Assembly: GCA_965113315.1 (NCBI GenBank)
Contig: OZ220371.1
DNA length: 64,000 nucleotides
Origin: Podarcis vaucheri
Lineage: Eukaryota
Direction: 5' to 3' (one strand)
This document shows positions 63,160 to 64,000 of this stretch, in pieces. Position 1 is the first letter of the stretch, and every line of letters begins with the position of its first letter. A program made the translations under genes and the position numbers. Under the pieces are notes generated by a model that searched no databases, was not told the DNA's origin, and saw only the letters and a list, made by a program, of their open reading frames with translations.

Positions 63160-63705
63160 CCGTATTTTTCACTCTATAAGACGCACTTTTCCCCCTCCAA
63201 AAATTAAGGGGAAATGTGTGTGCGTCTTATGGAGCGAATGCAGGCTCCATGGCTTCAGCGATAGCAACGCGAAGCCTCCAAAGCGCAGTGATAGTGCTCC
63301 TGCCGCGCTCTGAAGGCTTCGCGCTGCTTTTGCTGAAGCCTGGAGAGCCAGAGGGGTCGGTGCGCACCGACCCCTCTCACTCTCCAGGCTTCAGGGATAG
63401 CCGCCTGAAGCCTCTGGAGCGCAGCGGGAGGTCCCACTGCGCTCTGGAGGCTTCGGGTTGCTTTCGCTAAAGCCAGGAGAGCCAGAGGGGTCAGTGCGCA
63501 CCGATCCCTCTTGCTCTCCTGGCTTCGCTTCACTGGTGAGGTGCTGCACAGCTTTCACTTTCTGCACATCGCCCCTTCAGCAAAGCGGGAGGAGAAATGG
63601 AAGGGGCCATTTCTCCTGTTGCTTCACTGAAGGGGCGCTGTGCAGAGAGGGAGAGAATTTTTTTTCTTGTTCTCCCCCTCTAAAACAATAGAGTGAAAAA
63701 TACGA
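63160..63705 (+). mobile_element. Tc1/mariner MITE, family B
   Basis: CCGTATTTTTCACTCTATAAGACGCAC...ATAGAGTGAAAAATACGA-TA; internal hairpin units repeated twice. Confidence 0.87.
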
Positions 63706-64000
63706 TAACTTCTAAGTCATCTCAGATGAACCAACCACAAGAACAATTCATTCTGGTTGCCAGAAAGGAAGGAAGGGCAAACTACAGAAATAATAAGGAA
63801 ATAATTATTTACTAAAATAATTTTAGAAAATAAGAGAGCAGCAGCAGAAAAAGTGCACTAAAGGGGAACAGAAAGCAACCGATGGAACATGATATGCTGG
63901 TGATCGTCAAGCACAAATAAAGAGGTACCAATTGCAACCAGTAGGAATGAGCGCGCTACTGCTAAAATAGACCATGACATACTTAATAATAATGTAAAGC

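Noticed and set aside
60800-64000. Exons of the next syntenic gene (CYP4V2 in mammals)
   Set aside because: No P450-like coding segment or CpG island is recognisable before the window ends.

Overview
This is vertebrate genomic DNA from a squamate reptile; the repeat set (Sauria SINEs, BovB, CR1, L2, Tigger-like and hAT MITEs) suggests a lacertid lizard, which is an inference. Two complete spliced genes lie on the + strand in the conserved amniote order. TLR3 has 4 coding exons (8799-15889, 2679 nt, 892 aa) plus a likely non-coding exon ending at 5399 next to IRF/ISRE motifs. FAM149A has 14 coding exons (24227-55267, 2175 nt, 724 aa), a CpG-island promoter, two GC-AG introns and a candidate alternative first coding exon. 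The rest is introns and intergenic DNA rich in transposon fragments, and most ORFs in the track are spurious or TE-derived. I found no CRISPR, rRNA or true tRNA genes. The most unusual object is a complete 2.4-kb TSD-flanked, internally deleted L1 derivative (18361-20752). It has an intact promoter, an in-frame ORF1-ORF2 chimera and a one-sided A-to-G substitution excess, and a related element sits at 1-1682. Other points of interest are the missing LRR12 cleavage loop in TLR3, an L1 split by a composite CR1 insert, and an L1 inserted into a MITE terminal repeat. All alignments were done by eye, and comparisons to human proteins are from memory.
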